Shown here: positions 52,251 to 64,000 of the stretch, one piece after another
Numbering within the stretch: the stretch's first letter is position 1
How the letters are laid out: every line of letters starts with the position of its first letter
From: Eledone cirrhosa
Lineage: Eukaryota
Direction of reading: 5' to 3'
Length of the DNA: 64,000 nucleotides
Assembly: GCA_964016885.1 (NCBI GenBank)
Contig: OZ024757.1
Span: 9,300,001-9,364,000, forward strand
Program-made: the position numbers and the translations under genes
Notes under the pieces: model-generated
Told to the model about the DNA's origin: nothing
What the model saw: only the letters and a program-made list of their open reading frames with translations
Databases searched by the model: none

Positions 52251-53617
52251 ACATATATATAGGAACATGGCGTCTTAGCTTCGTAAATATACATTTACTA
52301 CTGAATTTTCTCTAATCTTGATAACAGTCGTTATAACTAAAATGTATTCTTACATACACACGCATACCGTGTGTGTACACAGAATCTCACAGTCACACAC
52401 GCACACACATGCTTCACACACTCAAAAAGCCACCAAACCAACGGAGAAACACACACAAACCGTTACTCGTTAATGTTATATACAACCCAATATACATATA
52501 TGTACAGATCAACATACGCAAAACACTAGCATGACTTCACTTATATATATATATATACACACTATTTTATTCATCAGTTCCAGCATACACAATATGTAGA
52601 CTTTCATGTTTACAAATATATGATGTAATCTCGATTTGACATTAATGTTGAAACACGTGTCATAGTTCTCTGTACAGACTAATAGAAAGTGTGTTTGAAA
52701 TAAAACTTACGTTCGTTGGAGACAGTGTCTATTGTTATGCCTGGCTGAGAGACAAGCTTCTCTACAGGTGAAATAACTGGAAGAAATATGGAAGAAAATA
52801 ATAGGAATGCAAGAAGCTTTTCTTGGGAAGAGTTTGTTATCAATTTGAAGAAATGGTAGAATAAGACGTTGTATTTTGAATTACCTAGACCCATTTAGTT
52901 ATATATGGGCTGTCTGGAATTATGAGACAAATATGGTAGTTTCGATATGTGCATAAAGAACAAATATATATGATGGGATAACCAAATATGTAGAGCAATA
53001 GCTGATCTAGTCATACGAGGATAAGGAGTATGAACAACGAAGGAAGACCTGAAATAGTGAAGAAGTGTCGGAGGAAATTTTGTTAAAGATGAGAACTCTG
53101 ATCTGTGAGATTATTCCATCTACCTCAAAGTATCTTGTGCAACATTCATCTTCTCTTTTTAACCAGAAATGTCATTCTTTCATAGATAACTCTGATAATA
53201 GCCTGAAAAAGTGTATCTTTACTTTTGACCTCATTGTAATGTCTCTAAGGATCAAGGTCAATAAAATATTTATCCTTGATTATGTTAGGGAGATTGTAAT
53301 ATAATATTCTTGACTGAAATAAGTGGTTATAAATTTACTGATCAAAACATAAATAAGTTTCTGAATAATTAATAGTTAATTTTAAATTAATAACTTACTC
53401 TTTTCGGCAAGTTTGGTCTTGAGTGTTGCACTTCGAGAAGACAAATATGAAGCGTCAGCTAGAAAACATAAACAAAATAATAGTAAAACTGTATGTATAT
53501 ATATACAAATTTATATTACAAATACAGAAAACAGTTATTAGATTCATTATCTCTGATATACTGATAAATACACCAGGTCCGAACACAAAAAGAAACAAGT
53601 TACCATGTCCTTACCAA

Positions 53618-53686
<69 letters not shown>

Positions 53687-55047
53687 TATAGGAACACGGC
53701 GTCTTAGCTTCTTCGTAAATATACATTTACTACTGAATTTTCTCTAATCTTGATAACAGTCGTTATAACTAAAATGTATTCTTACATACACTCGCATATC
53801 GTGTGTGTACACAGAATCTCACAGTCACACACGCACACACATGGTTCACACACTCAAAAAGCCACCAAACCAACGGAGAAACACACACAAACTGTTACTC
53901 GTTAATGTTATATACAACCCAATATACATATATGTACAGATCAACATACGCAAAACACTAGCATGACTTCACTTATATATATATATACACACTATTTTAT
54001 TCATCAGTTCCAGCATACACAATATGTAGACTTTCATGTTTACAAATATATGATGTAATCTCGATTTGACATTAATGTTGAAACACGTGTCATAGTTCTC
54101 TGTACAGACTAATAGAAAGTGTGTTTGAAATAAAACTTACGTTCGTTGGAGACAGTGTCTATTGTTATGCCTGGCTGAGAGACAAGGTTCTCTACAGGTG
54201 AAATAACTGGAAGAAATATGGAAGAAAATAATTTAAATGCAAGAAGCTTTTCTTGGGAAGAGTTTGTTATCAATTTGAAGAAATGGTAGAATAAGGCGTT
54301 GTATTTTGAGTTACCTAGACCCATTTAGTTATATATGGGCTGTCTGGAATTATGAGACAAATATGGTAGTTTCGATATGTGCATAAAGAACAAATATATA
54401 TGATGGGATAACCAAATATGTAGAGCAATATCTGATCTAGTCATACGAGGATAAGGAGTATGAACAACGAAGGAAGACCTGAAATAGTGAAGAAGTGTCG
54501 GAGGAAATTTTGTTAAAGATGAGAACTCTGATCTGTGAGATTATTCCATCTACCTCAAAGTATCTTGTGCAACATTCATCTTCTCTTTTTAACCAGAAAT
54601 GTCATTCTTTCATAGATAACTCTGATAATAGCCTGAAAAAGTGTATCTTTACTTTTGACCTCATTGTAATGTCTCTAAGGATCAAGGTCAATAAAATGTT
54701 TATCCTTGATTATGTTAGGGAGATTGTAATATAATATTCTTGACTGAAATAAGTGGTTATAAATTTACTGATTAAAACATAAATAAGTTTCTGAATAATT
54801 AATAGTTAATTTTAAATTAATAACTTACTCTTTTCGGCAAGTTTGGTCTTGAGTGTTGCACTTCGAGAAGACAAATATGAAGCGTCAGCTAGAAAACATA
54901 AACAAAATAATAGTAAAACTGTATGTATATATATACAAATTTATATTACAAATACAGAAAACAGTTATTAGATTCATTATCTCTGATATACTGATAAATA
55001 CACCAGGTCCGAACACAAAAAGAAACAAGTTACCTTGTCCTTACCAA

Positions 55048-55156
<109 letters not shown>

Positions 55157-56531
55157 TATAGGAACATGGCGTCTTAGCTTCGTAAATATACATTTACTAC
55201 TGAATTTTCTCTAATCTTGATAACAGTCGTTATAACTAAAATGTATTCTTACATACACACGCATACCGTGTGTGTACACAGAATCTCACAGTCACACACG
55301 CACACACATGGTTCACACACTCAAAAAGCCACCAAACCAACGGAGAAACACACACAAACTGTTACTCGTTAATGTTATATACAACCCAATATACATATAT
55401 GTACAGATCAACATACGCAAAACACTAGCATGACTTCACTTATATATATATATACACACTATTTTATTCATCAGTTCCAGCATACACAATATGTAGACTT
55501 TCATGCTTATAAATATATAATGTAATCTCGATTTGACATTAATCTTGAAACACGTGTCATAGTTCTCTGTACAGACTAATAGAAAGTGTGTTTGAAATAA
55601 AACTTACGTTCGTTGGAGACAGTGTCTATTGTTATGCCTGGCTGAGAGACAAGCTTCTCTACAGGTGAAATAACTGGAAGAAATATGGAAGAAAATAATA
55701 GGAATGCAAGAAGCTTTTCTTGGGAAGAGTTTGTTATCAATTTGAAGAAATGGTAGAATAAGACGTTGTATTTTGAATTACCTAGACCCATTTAGTTATA
55801 TATGGGCTGTCTGGAATTATGAGACAAATATGGTAGTTTCCATATGTGCATAAAGAACAAATATATATGATGGGATAACCAAATATGTAGAGCAATAGCT
55901 GATCTAGTCATACGAGGATAAGGAGTATGAACAACGAAGGAAGACCTGAAATAGTGAAGAAGTGTCGGAGGAAATTTTGTTAAAGATGAGAACTCTGATG
56001 TGTGAGATTATTCCATCTACCTCAAAGTATCTTGTGCAACATTCATCTTCTCTTTTTAACCAGAAATGTCATTTTTTCATAGATAACTCTGATAATAGCC
56101 TGAAAAAGTGTATCTTTACTTTTCACCTCATTGTAATGTCTCTAAGGATCAAGGTCAATAAAATGTTTATCCTTGATTATGTTAGGGAGATTGTAATATA
56201 ATATTCTTGACTGAAATAAGTAGTTATAAATTTACTGATCAAAACATAAATAAGTTTCTGAATAATTAATAGATAATTTTAAATTAATAACTTACTCTTT
56301 TCGGCAAGTTTGGTCTTGAGTGTTGCACTTCGAGAAGACAAATATGAAGCGTCAGCTAGAAAACATAAACAAAATAATAGTAAAACTGTACGTATATACA
56401 TACACATTTATATTACAAATACAGAAAACAGTTATTAGATTCATTATCTCTGATATACTGATAAATACACCAGGTCCGAACACAAAAAGAAACAAGTTAC
56501 CATGTCCTTACCAAATATATATATATACATA

Positions 56532-56574
<43 letters not shown>

Positions 56575-56604
56575 AGATCAAAAGATGGTTAAAGGAGTTC
56601 CATA

Positions 56605-56675
56605 TATTTTATTATGCGCATTTCAAAAACAAACATCATCAAGCAATAATATTTGTGTTTTCATCAGATAAAACA
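56605..56675 (-). ncRNA. Type I hammerhead ribozyme, copy 2
   Basis: Identical to 46868-46938. Confidence 0.88.
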
Positions 56676-57660
56676 GGAGAACATGATATGAAGGCTAAAA
56701 AAACACTTGTTGATAGTGCAGTTTTTAATCCACATATGAAAAGTGGTTTTAGATTGATGTGTGATATTGGGAAAAATATTTTATTTAGAGAGGGGGGGGG
56801 GGAAGGATGAAAAGGGAAGGAGATGAGAGGGAGAGATGGGTGATAGAGAGAAAGAGATAGTTTTTATAACTGAGAGGAGATATATTTTTTACATAGAGGG
56901 GTTGAAAACCGTTGGAAGATACTGTATAAATTAAAAATTTTGAAAATTAACGAAGGGAGGATATGTGCGAGGAAAAAAAATATTTTATTTAGGGAGGGGG
57001 GGGGGGGAAGGATGAAAAAAAGGGGGGAGGAGATGAGAGTGAAGGTGGAGAGGGAGAGATGGGTGATAGAGAGAAAGAGATAGTTTTTATAACTGAGAAA
57101 AAGATATATTGTTTTAATATAGAGAGGTTGGGAACCGTTGGAAGATAATGTATAAATTAAAGGAATTTGAAAATTAACGAAGGGAAATTATGTATGAAGA
57201 TAGAGAGAAAAAAATAATAATTGTGGGTGAATATTCTAACGTCAAAAGAAGAAATGTATGTATTGTGGCAATTTCAAAATTAGCGAAGAGAAAAAAAATG
57301 TTAAGGTTTGTGTGTAGAAGGATTTGAGAAAAATAATGTGAAGTTAAAGTTTGTATATTGAATTGATATGTATTAATAATGAGTTCGTTGATGGGGAGAA
57401 AAAAATAATAATAAATTAAGGATGAAATTGAGATTAAAAAGATTTATGATAGAGAGAAAAAAAATAATGATTGCGGATGAATATTCAAAATGTCAAAAAC
57501 AAATGTTATTATTTTACGAGAAGATAGGATGAGGGTAATGAGTAAACGAGTATTATAGAGTGTATAATGCCCTTTAAAGTAAGGTAGATGGGTATATTTT
57601 AAAGAGGTGTATGTATATGTGCCTTTGAGAAAAGATTCTAAATTGATAAAGAATTGAATA

Positions 57661-60123
57661 TTAACTGTATACTTTGTGAAAAGTTCTATGGAATTTATGC
57701 AGGCAGATAGAAAACAAATATGAGCGTCTATTTATTATAGATTCTAGGTTAGAGATAATGGTAAATTTTTCATTTAGGCAAAGATTACAGATTTTAGATA
57801 GAGAGCTGTTCAAGTATGAGGATGCAGAAGAAATCTTTTTCCAAAAGATGTTATATTTAATGTTTTTGTCTTTTAAGGACCATATGAGTTCTGAGAGAGC
57901 AGTGTTAGTTCTTTTAAGTTTGTATTTGAAGGATGAATGATGATTATAGAGACGAGCTTTAAAAGAGGTGGAAGTGGAGCCAAAATAGGTGAAGGAATTG
58001 GTGCTAGTTATAATTTTACATTCATGAATTAAGTTTTTATCGAGGCAATGGTTGTTGAGAGGACATTTATTTTTAATGCGGCAGTTGCAATTAGAGAGAT
58101 TATTAATGAGTGATCTAGTGTTATCTATAGAAGGAATTGGATTGGAGAAGTTGTTTGCGATCGGAATAATAGGAATAATAGTTTCTTGGTTTAGAGTTGG
58201 ATTATGAACATTTAGCGAAGTTGTGTTTGACGTTGTATTTGGGTTTACAGAAGTTTGCCTAGGGTTTACAATGACGTCGGGAGTACTATTACTGTTATTA
58301 TGAAATTCAATATTGGAAGGAAGAGATTTAGTATTTAATATTTTGTTGTTGTGTTTAGAGATGATGTTGGAAATATTGGAGGATGTAGAATACGAAAATT
58401 TGATGGTGTGTTTGTTAAATATTTTACTATAGATATGTGAGGGAGGGAAGTATTTATTTAAGGCACTAAAAAATAATTTAGGAATATTGTTATTAATAGA
58501 GATGGAGAAAGGAGCATTATACCAGATTATGTTTTTGTATCTAGGTCTTTTATTAAAATTATTGGAATGGTCATGATTAATTATTCTACTGTAAGTTTTC
58601 CTAGAATTTGTTTCTTTATTATATTTGATTTTATCTGGATAGCCGGCTTTAGAAAGTGCGTTATTATAGTAATTGGCGTTAGCATCAAAGATGTTTTTAT
58701 TAGAAGATATGTTAGATATTCTATTTCCAATATTATTAACTATAGCATTCTTGATATTGGTAGGATGGTTAGATTTAAAGTTAACATAATTAAGATTCTC
58801 ATTGTTTTTATGGTAAGGGTAATATAGGCCAGTGTCAAGATTAAGAGATACATCCAAGAAATTAGCTAGTTTGATACTATTATCAAATTCAATTTTTAGG
58901 TTATGTTGGTTAAAGAGATTACGTATATTGTTCTTAATAATATTAAGTTTAACTATATTGCAATTTAGGATAGTAAAGAGTCCATCGTCACGATAAATTC
59001 CACCGCGAAGTTGAGGAATTTTCCGACTCAAAGAGTTCAAAATGAAGATACCAATTAAATCAGTCAATTGGGATGAATCGGATGCTCCCATTGTGATGTC
59101 GAAGTTGTTAGAGGTATCGGCTCTGGTCCAATATTCGTTGTTGAACTCTAGGATTGTTTTACGTGCGGTGAGGATAATGTGAAGTTCATCTGTGGTGATG
59201 TCAGAATATTTAAATGCGAAAGATAGAGCATTATTGAGAAGTGAAGGCGAAATGGAGGAATAGTAGCTGGCAATATCGAATTGAATAAATTTTAGTTTGT
59301 TTTTATTATCCAATTTGTTGAACCAGCCAATCACTTCAGAAGTACAAAACCATAAATTTAGGTTTAAAGAAGAGCAATTAGAACTAACCTGTGGGATAAT
59401 CCTATCCAAGATGGCTTTACTAACAACCCCCAGATCAGATTTAGAGGGGGCGATTAATCTAACAGGTAGTTCAGTGCGAAAATTGTTTTTGTGATCCTTG
59501 AGATTTATCCTCGGAGTTCTTGGGAGGAATGGTTCGGTCTTTTTTTCAATGCCAAGTTTTGACATAATCTCATAGGCTTCAAGGTTTATGCATTCTAAAT
59601 TTTCATGGTTGGTTTTACGATACTTTTTCCTAAGTTCCTTTAGGATAAGGTTGTTATAATTATCCTTGGAAATACCATATAGGTTATTGGTTTTGTCAGA
59701 GTGGACTAAAACATTTTTTGAGGAATTTAGGTTAGAGATTGTGTTCTTGAGATTTACAAGGTGCTCTTGTCCTTTGTAAGGGTATCTCTTGAATTTAAGA
59801 TTTTTTATTATTTTAGTTAATTCTTCCTCGAATTGTGCTAGATTTTTGTTGGAAGGGGGATTTCGTCTAGAATTAAAAAGATGATCGAGGAAGTTGTGTT
59901 CTTTGGTATGAAAGTTCCCTTTTAGGCGCTGGTCATAGAAATAGGCTGTCCATCTAAGTCTTCTTACGAAGGAGTCAGTTTTTTCAATAAGAAGTTTGGT
60001 GAATTCGGATTTACTAGGTATAGGAATGTCTTTAGTTGAATTGGTTATGTTGTAATAATCCATGTTGTAGAAGAAGAGGTGAAGGACCATCAAAAGGTAT
60101 CCAATATGAGAGTAAGCGCTCAA
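57661..60123 (-). CDS. Penelope-like RT + GIY-YIG endonuclease, copy 2 (820 aa)
   Basis: Translation appears identical to 47954-50416. Confidence 0.93.
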   Translation of the reverse strand: MSAYSHIGYLLMVLHLFFYNMDYYNITNSTKDIPIPSKSEFTKLLIEKTDSFVRRLRWTAYFYDQRLKGNFHTKEHNFLDHLFNSRRNPPSNKNLAQFEEELTKIIKNLKFKRYPYKGQEHLVNLKNTISNLNSSKNVLVHSDKTNNLYGISKDNYNNLILKELRKKYRKTNHENLECINLEAYEIMSKLGIEKKTEPFLPRTPRINLKDHKNNFRTELPVRLIAPSKSDLGVVSKAILDRIIPQVSSNCSSLNLNLWFCTSEVIGWFNKLDNKNKLKFIQFDIASYYSSISPSLLNNALSFAFKYSDITTDELHIILTARKTILEFNNEYWTRADTSNNFDITMGASDSSQLTDLIGIFILNSLSRKIPQLRGGIYRDDGLFTILNCNIVKLNIIKNNIRNLFNQHNLKIEFDNSIKLANFLDVSLNLDTGLYYPYHKNNENLNYVNFKSNHPTNIKNAIVNNIGNRISNISSNKNIFDANANYYNNALSKAGYPDKIKYNKETNSRKTYSRIINHDHSNNFNKRPRYKNIIWYNAPFSISINNNIPKLFFSALNKYFPPSHIYSKIFNKHTIKFSYSTSSNISNIISKHNNKILNTKSLPSNIEFHNNSNSTPDVIVNPRQTSVNPNTTSNTTSLNVHNPTLNQETIIPIIPIANNFSNPIPSIDNTRSLINNLSNCNCRIKNKCPLNNHCLDKNLIHECKIITSTNSFTYFGSTSTSFKARLYNHHSSFKYKLKRTNTALSELIWSLKDKNIKYNIFWKKISSASSYLNSSLSKICNLCLNEKFTIISNLESIINRRSYLFSICLHKFHRTFHKVYS

Positions 60124-60306
60124 CCGTTAAGGAGCAAGTTAATGTAGGAGGTGAGTTTTATTGAAATGCGCATAATAAAATATATGGAACTCCTTTAACC
60201 ATCTTTTGATCTTATATTATGCATACTCCAGTCCCACAAACTGTAGAGTGCTTCTTATCCGATATCTGCATTGCTTTATTGTACTACAATGAAACTCACC
60301 TCCTAC

Positions 60307-60406
<100 letters not shown>

Positions 60407-61764
60407 TATAGGAACATGGCGTCTTAGCTTCGTAAATATACATTTACTACTGAATTTTCTCTAATCTTGATAACAGTCGTTATAACTAAAATGTATTCTT
60501 ACATACACACGCATACCGTGTGTGTACACAGAATCTCACAGTCACACACGCACATACATGGTTCACACACTCAAAAAGCCACCAAACCAACGGAGAAACA
60601 CACACAAACTGTTACTCGTTAATGTTATATACAACCCAATATACATATATGTACAGATCAACATACGCAAAACACTAGCATGACTTCACTTATATATATA
60701 TATACACACTATTTTATTCATCAGTTCCAGCATACACAATATGTAGACTTTCATGTTTACAAATATATGATGTAATCTCGATTTGACATTAATGTTGAAA
60801 CACGTGTCATAGTTCTCTGTACAGACTAATAGAAAGTGTGTTTAAAATAAAACTTACGTTCGTTGGAGACAGTGTCTATTGTTATGCCTGGCTGAGAGAC
60901 AAGGTTCTCTACAGGTGAAATAACTGGAAGAAATATGGAAGAAAATAATAGGAATGCAAGAAGCTTTTCTTGGGAAGAGTTTGTTATCAATTTGAAGAAA
61001 TGGTAGAATAAGACGTTGTATTTTGAATTACCTAGACCCATTTAGTTATATATGGGCTGTCTGGAATTATGAGACAAATATGGTAGTTTCCATATGTGCA
61101 TAAAGAACAAATATATATGATGGGATAACCAAATATGTAGAGCAATAGCTGATCTAGTCATACGAGGATAAGGAGTATGAACAACGAAGGAAGACCTGAA
61201 ATAGTGAAGAAGTGTCGGAGGAAATTTTGTTAAAGATGAGAACTCTGATCTGTGAGATTATTCCATCTACCTCAAAGTATCTTGTGCAACATTCATCTTC
61301 TCTTTTTAACCAGAAATGTCATTCTTTCATAGATAACTCTGATAATAGCCTGAAAAAGTGTATCTTTACTTTTGACCTCATTGTAATGTCTCTAAGGATC
61401 AAGGCCAATAAAATGTTTATCCTTGATTATGTTAGGGAGATTGTAATATAATATTCTTGACTGAAATAAGTAGTTATAAATTTACTGATCAAAACATAAA
61501 TAAGTTTCTGAATAATTAATAGATAATTTTAAATTAATAACTTACTCTTTTCGGCAAGTTTGGTCTTGAGTGTTGCACTTCGAGAAGACAAATATGAAGC
61601 GTCAGCTAGAAAACATAAACAAAATAATAGTAAAACTGTATGTATATATATACAAATTTATATTACAAATACAGAAAACAGTTATTAGATTCATTATCTC
61701 TGATATACTGATAAATACACCAGGTCCGAACACAAAAAGAAACAAGTTACCTTGTCCTTACCAA

Positions 61765-61934
<170 letters not shown>

Positions 61935-63301
61935 ACATATATATAGGAACATGGCGTCTTAGCTTCGTAAATATACATTTACTACTGAATTTTCTCTAAT
62001 CTTGATAACAGTCGTTATAACTAAAATGTATTCTTACATACACACGCATACCGTGTGTGTACACAGAATCTCACAGTCACACACGCACACACATGCTTCA
62101 CACACTCAAAAAGCCACCAAACCAACGGAGAAACACACACAAACCGTTACTCGTTAATGTTATATACAACCCAATATACATATATGTACAGATCAACATA
62201 CGCAAAACACTAGCATGACTTCACTTATATATATATATATACACACTATTTTATTCATCAGTTCCAGCATACACAATATGTAGACTTTCATGTTTACAAA
62301 TATATGATGTAATCTCGATTTGACATTAATGTTGAAACACGTGTCATAGTTCTCTGTACAGACTAATAGAAAGTGTGTTTGAAATAAAACTTACGTTCGT
62401 TGGAGACAGTGTCTATTGTTATGCCTGGCTGAGAGACAAGCTTCTCTACAGGTGAAATAACTGGAAGAAATATGGAAGAAAATAATAGGAATGCAAGAAG
62501 CTTTTCTTGGGAAGAGTTTGTTATCAATTTGAAGAAATGGTAGAATAAGACGTTGTATTTTGAATTACCTAGACCCATTTAGTTATATATGGGCTGTCTG
62601 GAATTATGAGACAAATATGGTAGTTTCGATATGTGCATAAAGAACAAATATATATGATGGGATAACCAAATATGTAGAGCAATAGCTGATCTAGTCATAC
62701 GAGGATAAGGAGTATGAACAACGAAGGAAGACCTGAAATAGTGAAGAAGTGTCGGAGGAAATTTTGTTAAAGATGAGAACTCTGATCTGTGAGATTATTC
62801 CATCTACCTCAAAGTATCTTGTGCAACATTCATCTTCTCTTTTTAACCAGAAATGTCATTCTTTCATAGATAACTCTGATAATAGCCTGAAAAAGTGTAT
62901 CTTTACTTTTGACCTCATTGTAATGTCTCTAAGGATCAAGGTCAATAAAATATTTATCCTTGATTATGTTAGGGAGATTGTAATATAATATTCTTGACTG
63001 AAATAAGTGGTTATAAATTTACTGATCAAAACATAAATAAGTTTCTGAATAATTAATAGTTAATTTTAAATTAATAACTTACTCTTTTCGGCAAGTTTGG
63101 TCTTGAGTGTTGCACTTCGAGAAGACAAATATGAAGCGTCAGCTAGAAAACATAAACAAAATAATAGTAAAACTGTATGTATATATATACAAATTTATAT
63201 TACAAATACAGAAAACAGTTATTAGATTCATTATCTCTGATATACTGATAAATACACCAGGTCCGAACACAAAAAGAAACAAGTTACCATGTCCTTACCA
63301 A

Positions 63302-63370
<69 letters not shown>

Positions 63371-64000
63371 TATAGGAACACGGCGTCTTAGCTTCTTCGT
63401 AAATATACATTTACTACTGAATTTTCTCTAATCTTGATAACAGTCGTTATAACTAAAATGTATTCTTACATACACTCGCATATCGTGTGTGTACACAGAA
63501 TCTCACAGTCACACACGCACACACATGGTTCACACACTCAAAAAGCCACCAAACCAACGGAGAAACACACACAAACTGTTACTCGTTAATGTTATATACA
63601 ACCCAATATACATATATGTACAGATCAACATACGCAAAACACTAGCATGACTTCACTTATATATATATATACACACTATTTTATTCATCAGTTCCAGCAT
63701 ACACAATATGTAGACTTTCATGTTTACAAATATATGATGTAATCTCGATTTGACATTAATGTTGAAACACGTGTCATAGTTCTCTGTACAGACTAATAGA
63801 AAGTGTGTTTGAAATAAAACTTACGTTCGTTGGAGACAGTGTCTATTGTTATGCCTGGCTGAGAGACAAGGTTCTCTACAGGTGAAATAACTGGAAGAAA
63901 TATGGAAGAAAATAATTTAAATGCAAGAAGCTTTTCTTGGGAAGAGTTTGTTATCAATTTGAAGAAATGGTAGAATAAGGCGTTGTATTTTGAGTTACCT

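Overview
Repeat-dominated eukaryotic DNA. A tRNA-derived SINE and the transposon mix suggest an octopod cephalopod (inference). 1-22.56 kb is a strand-asymmetric 5/20-bp satellite with a ~5.44-kb higher-order duplication. 22.6-36.4 kb is a transposon graveyard: RTE LINE fragments, Penelope-like remnants, several hammerhead ribozymes, Helitron ends, SINEs and long palindromes. 36.4-39.8 kb is a 96-bp minisatellite. 39.8-64 kb is a ~1.45-kb tandem array containing two duplicated, intact 820-aa Naiad-type Penelope retroelements (RT + GIY-YIG, hammerhead in the pLTR). The main hidden signal, missed by the ORF track, is that the 1.45-kb 'satellite' appears to be the 3' end of a minus-strand spliced gene. 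Each unit has a 66-nt and a 60-nt symmetric phase-1 exon with canonical splice sites plus a candidate short stop-containing terminal exon. The 66-nt exons diverge much faster than their introns, mostly non-synonymously, and the adjacent 96-bp minisatellite looks derived from the same exon. All alignments were made by eye; no database searches were run.
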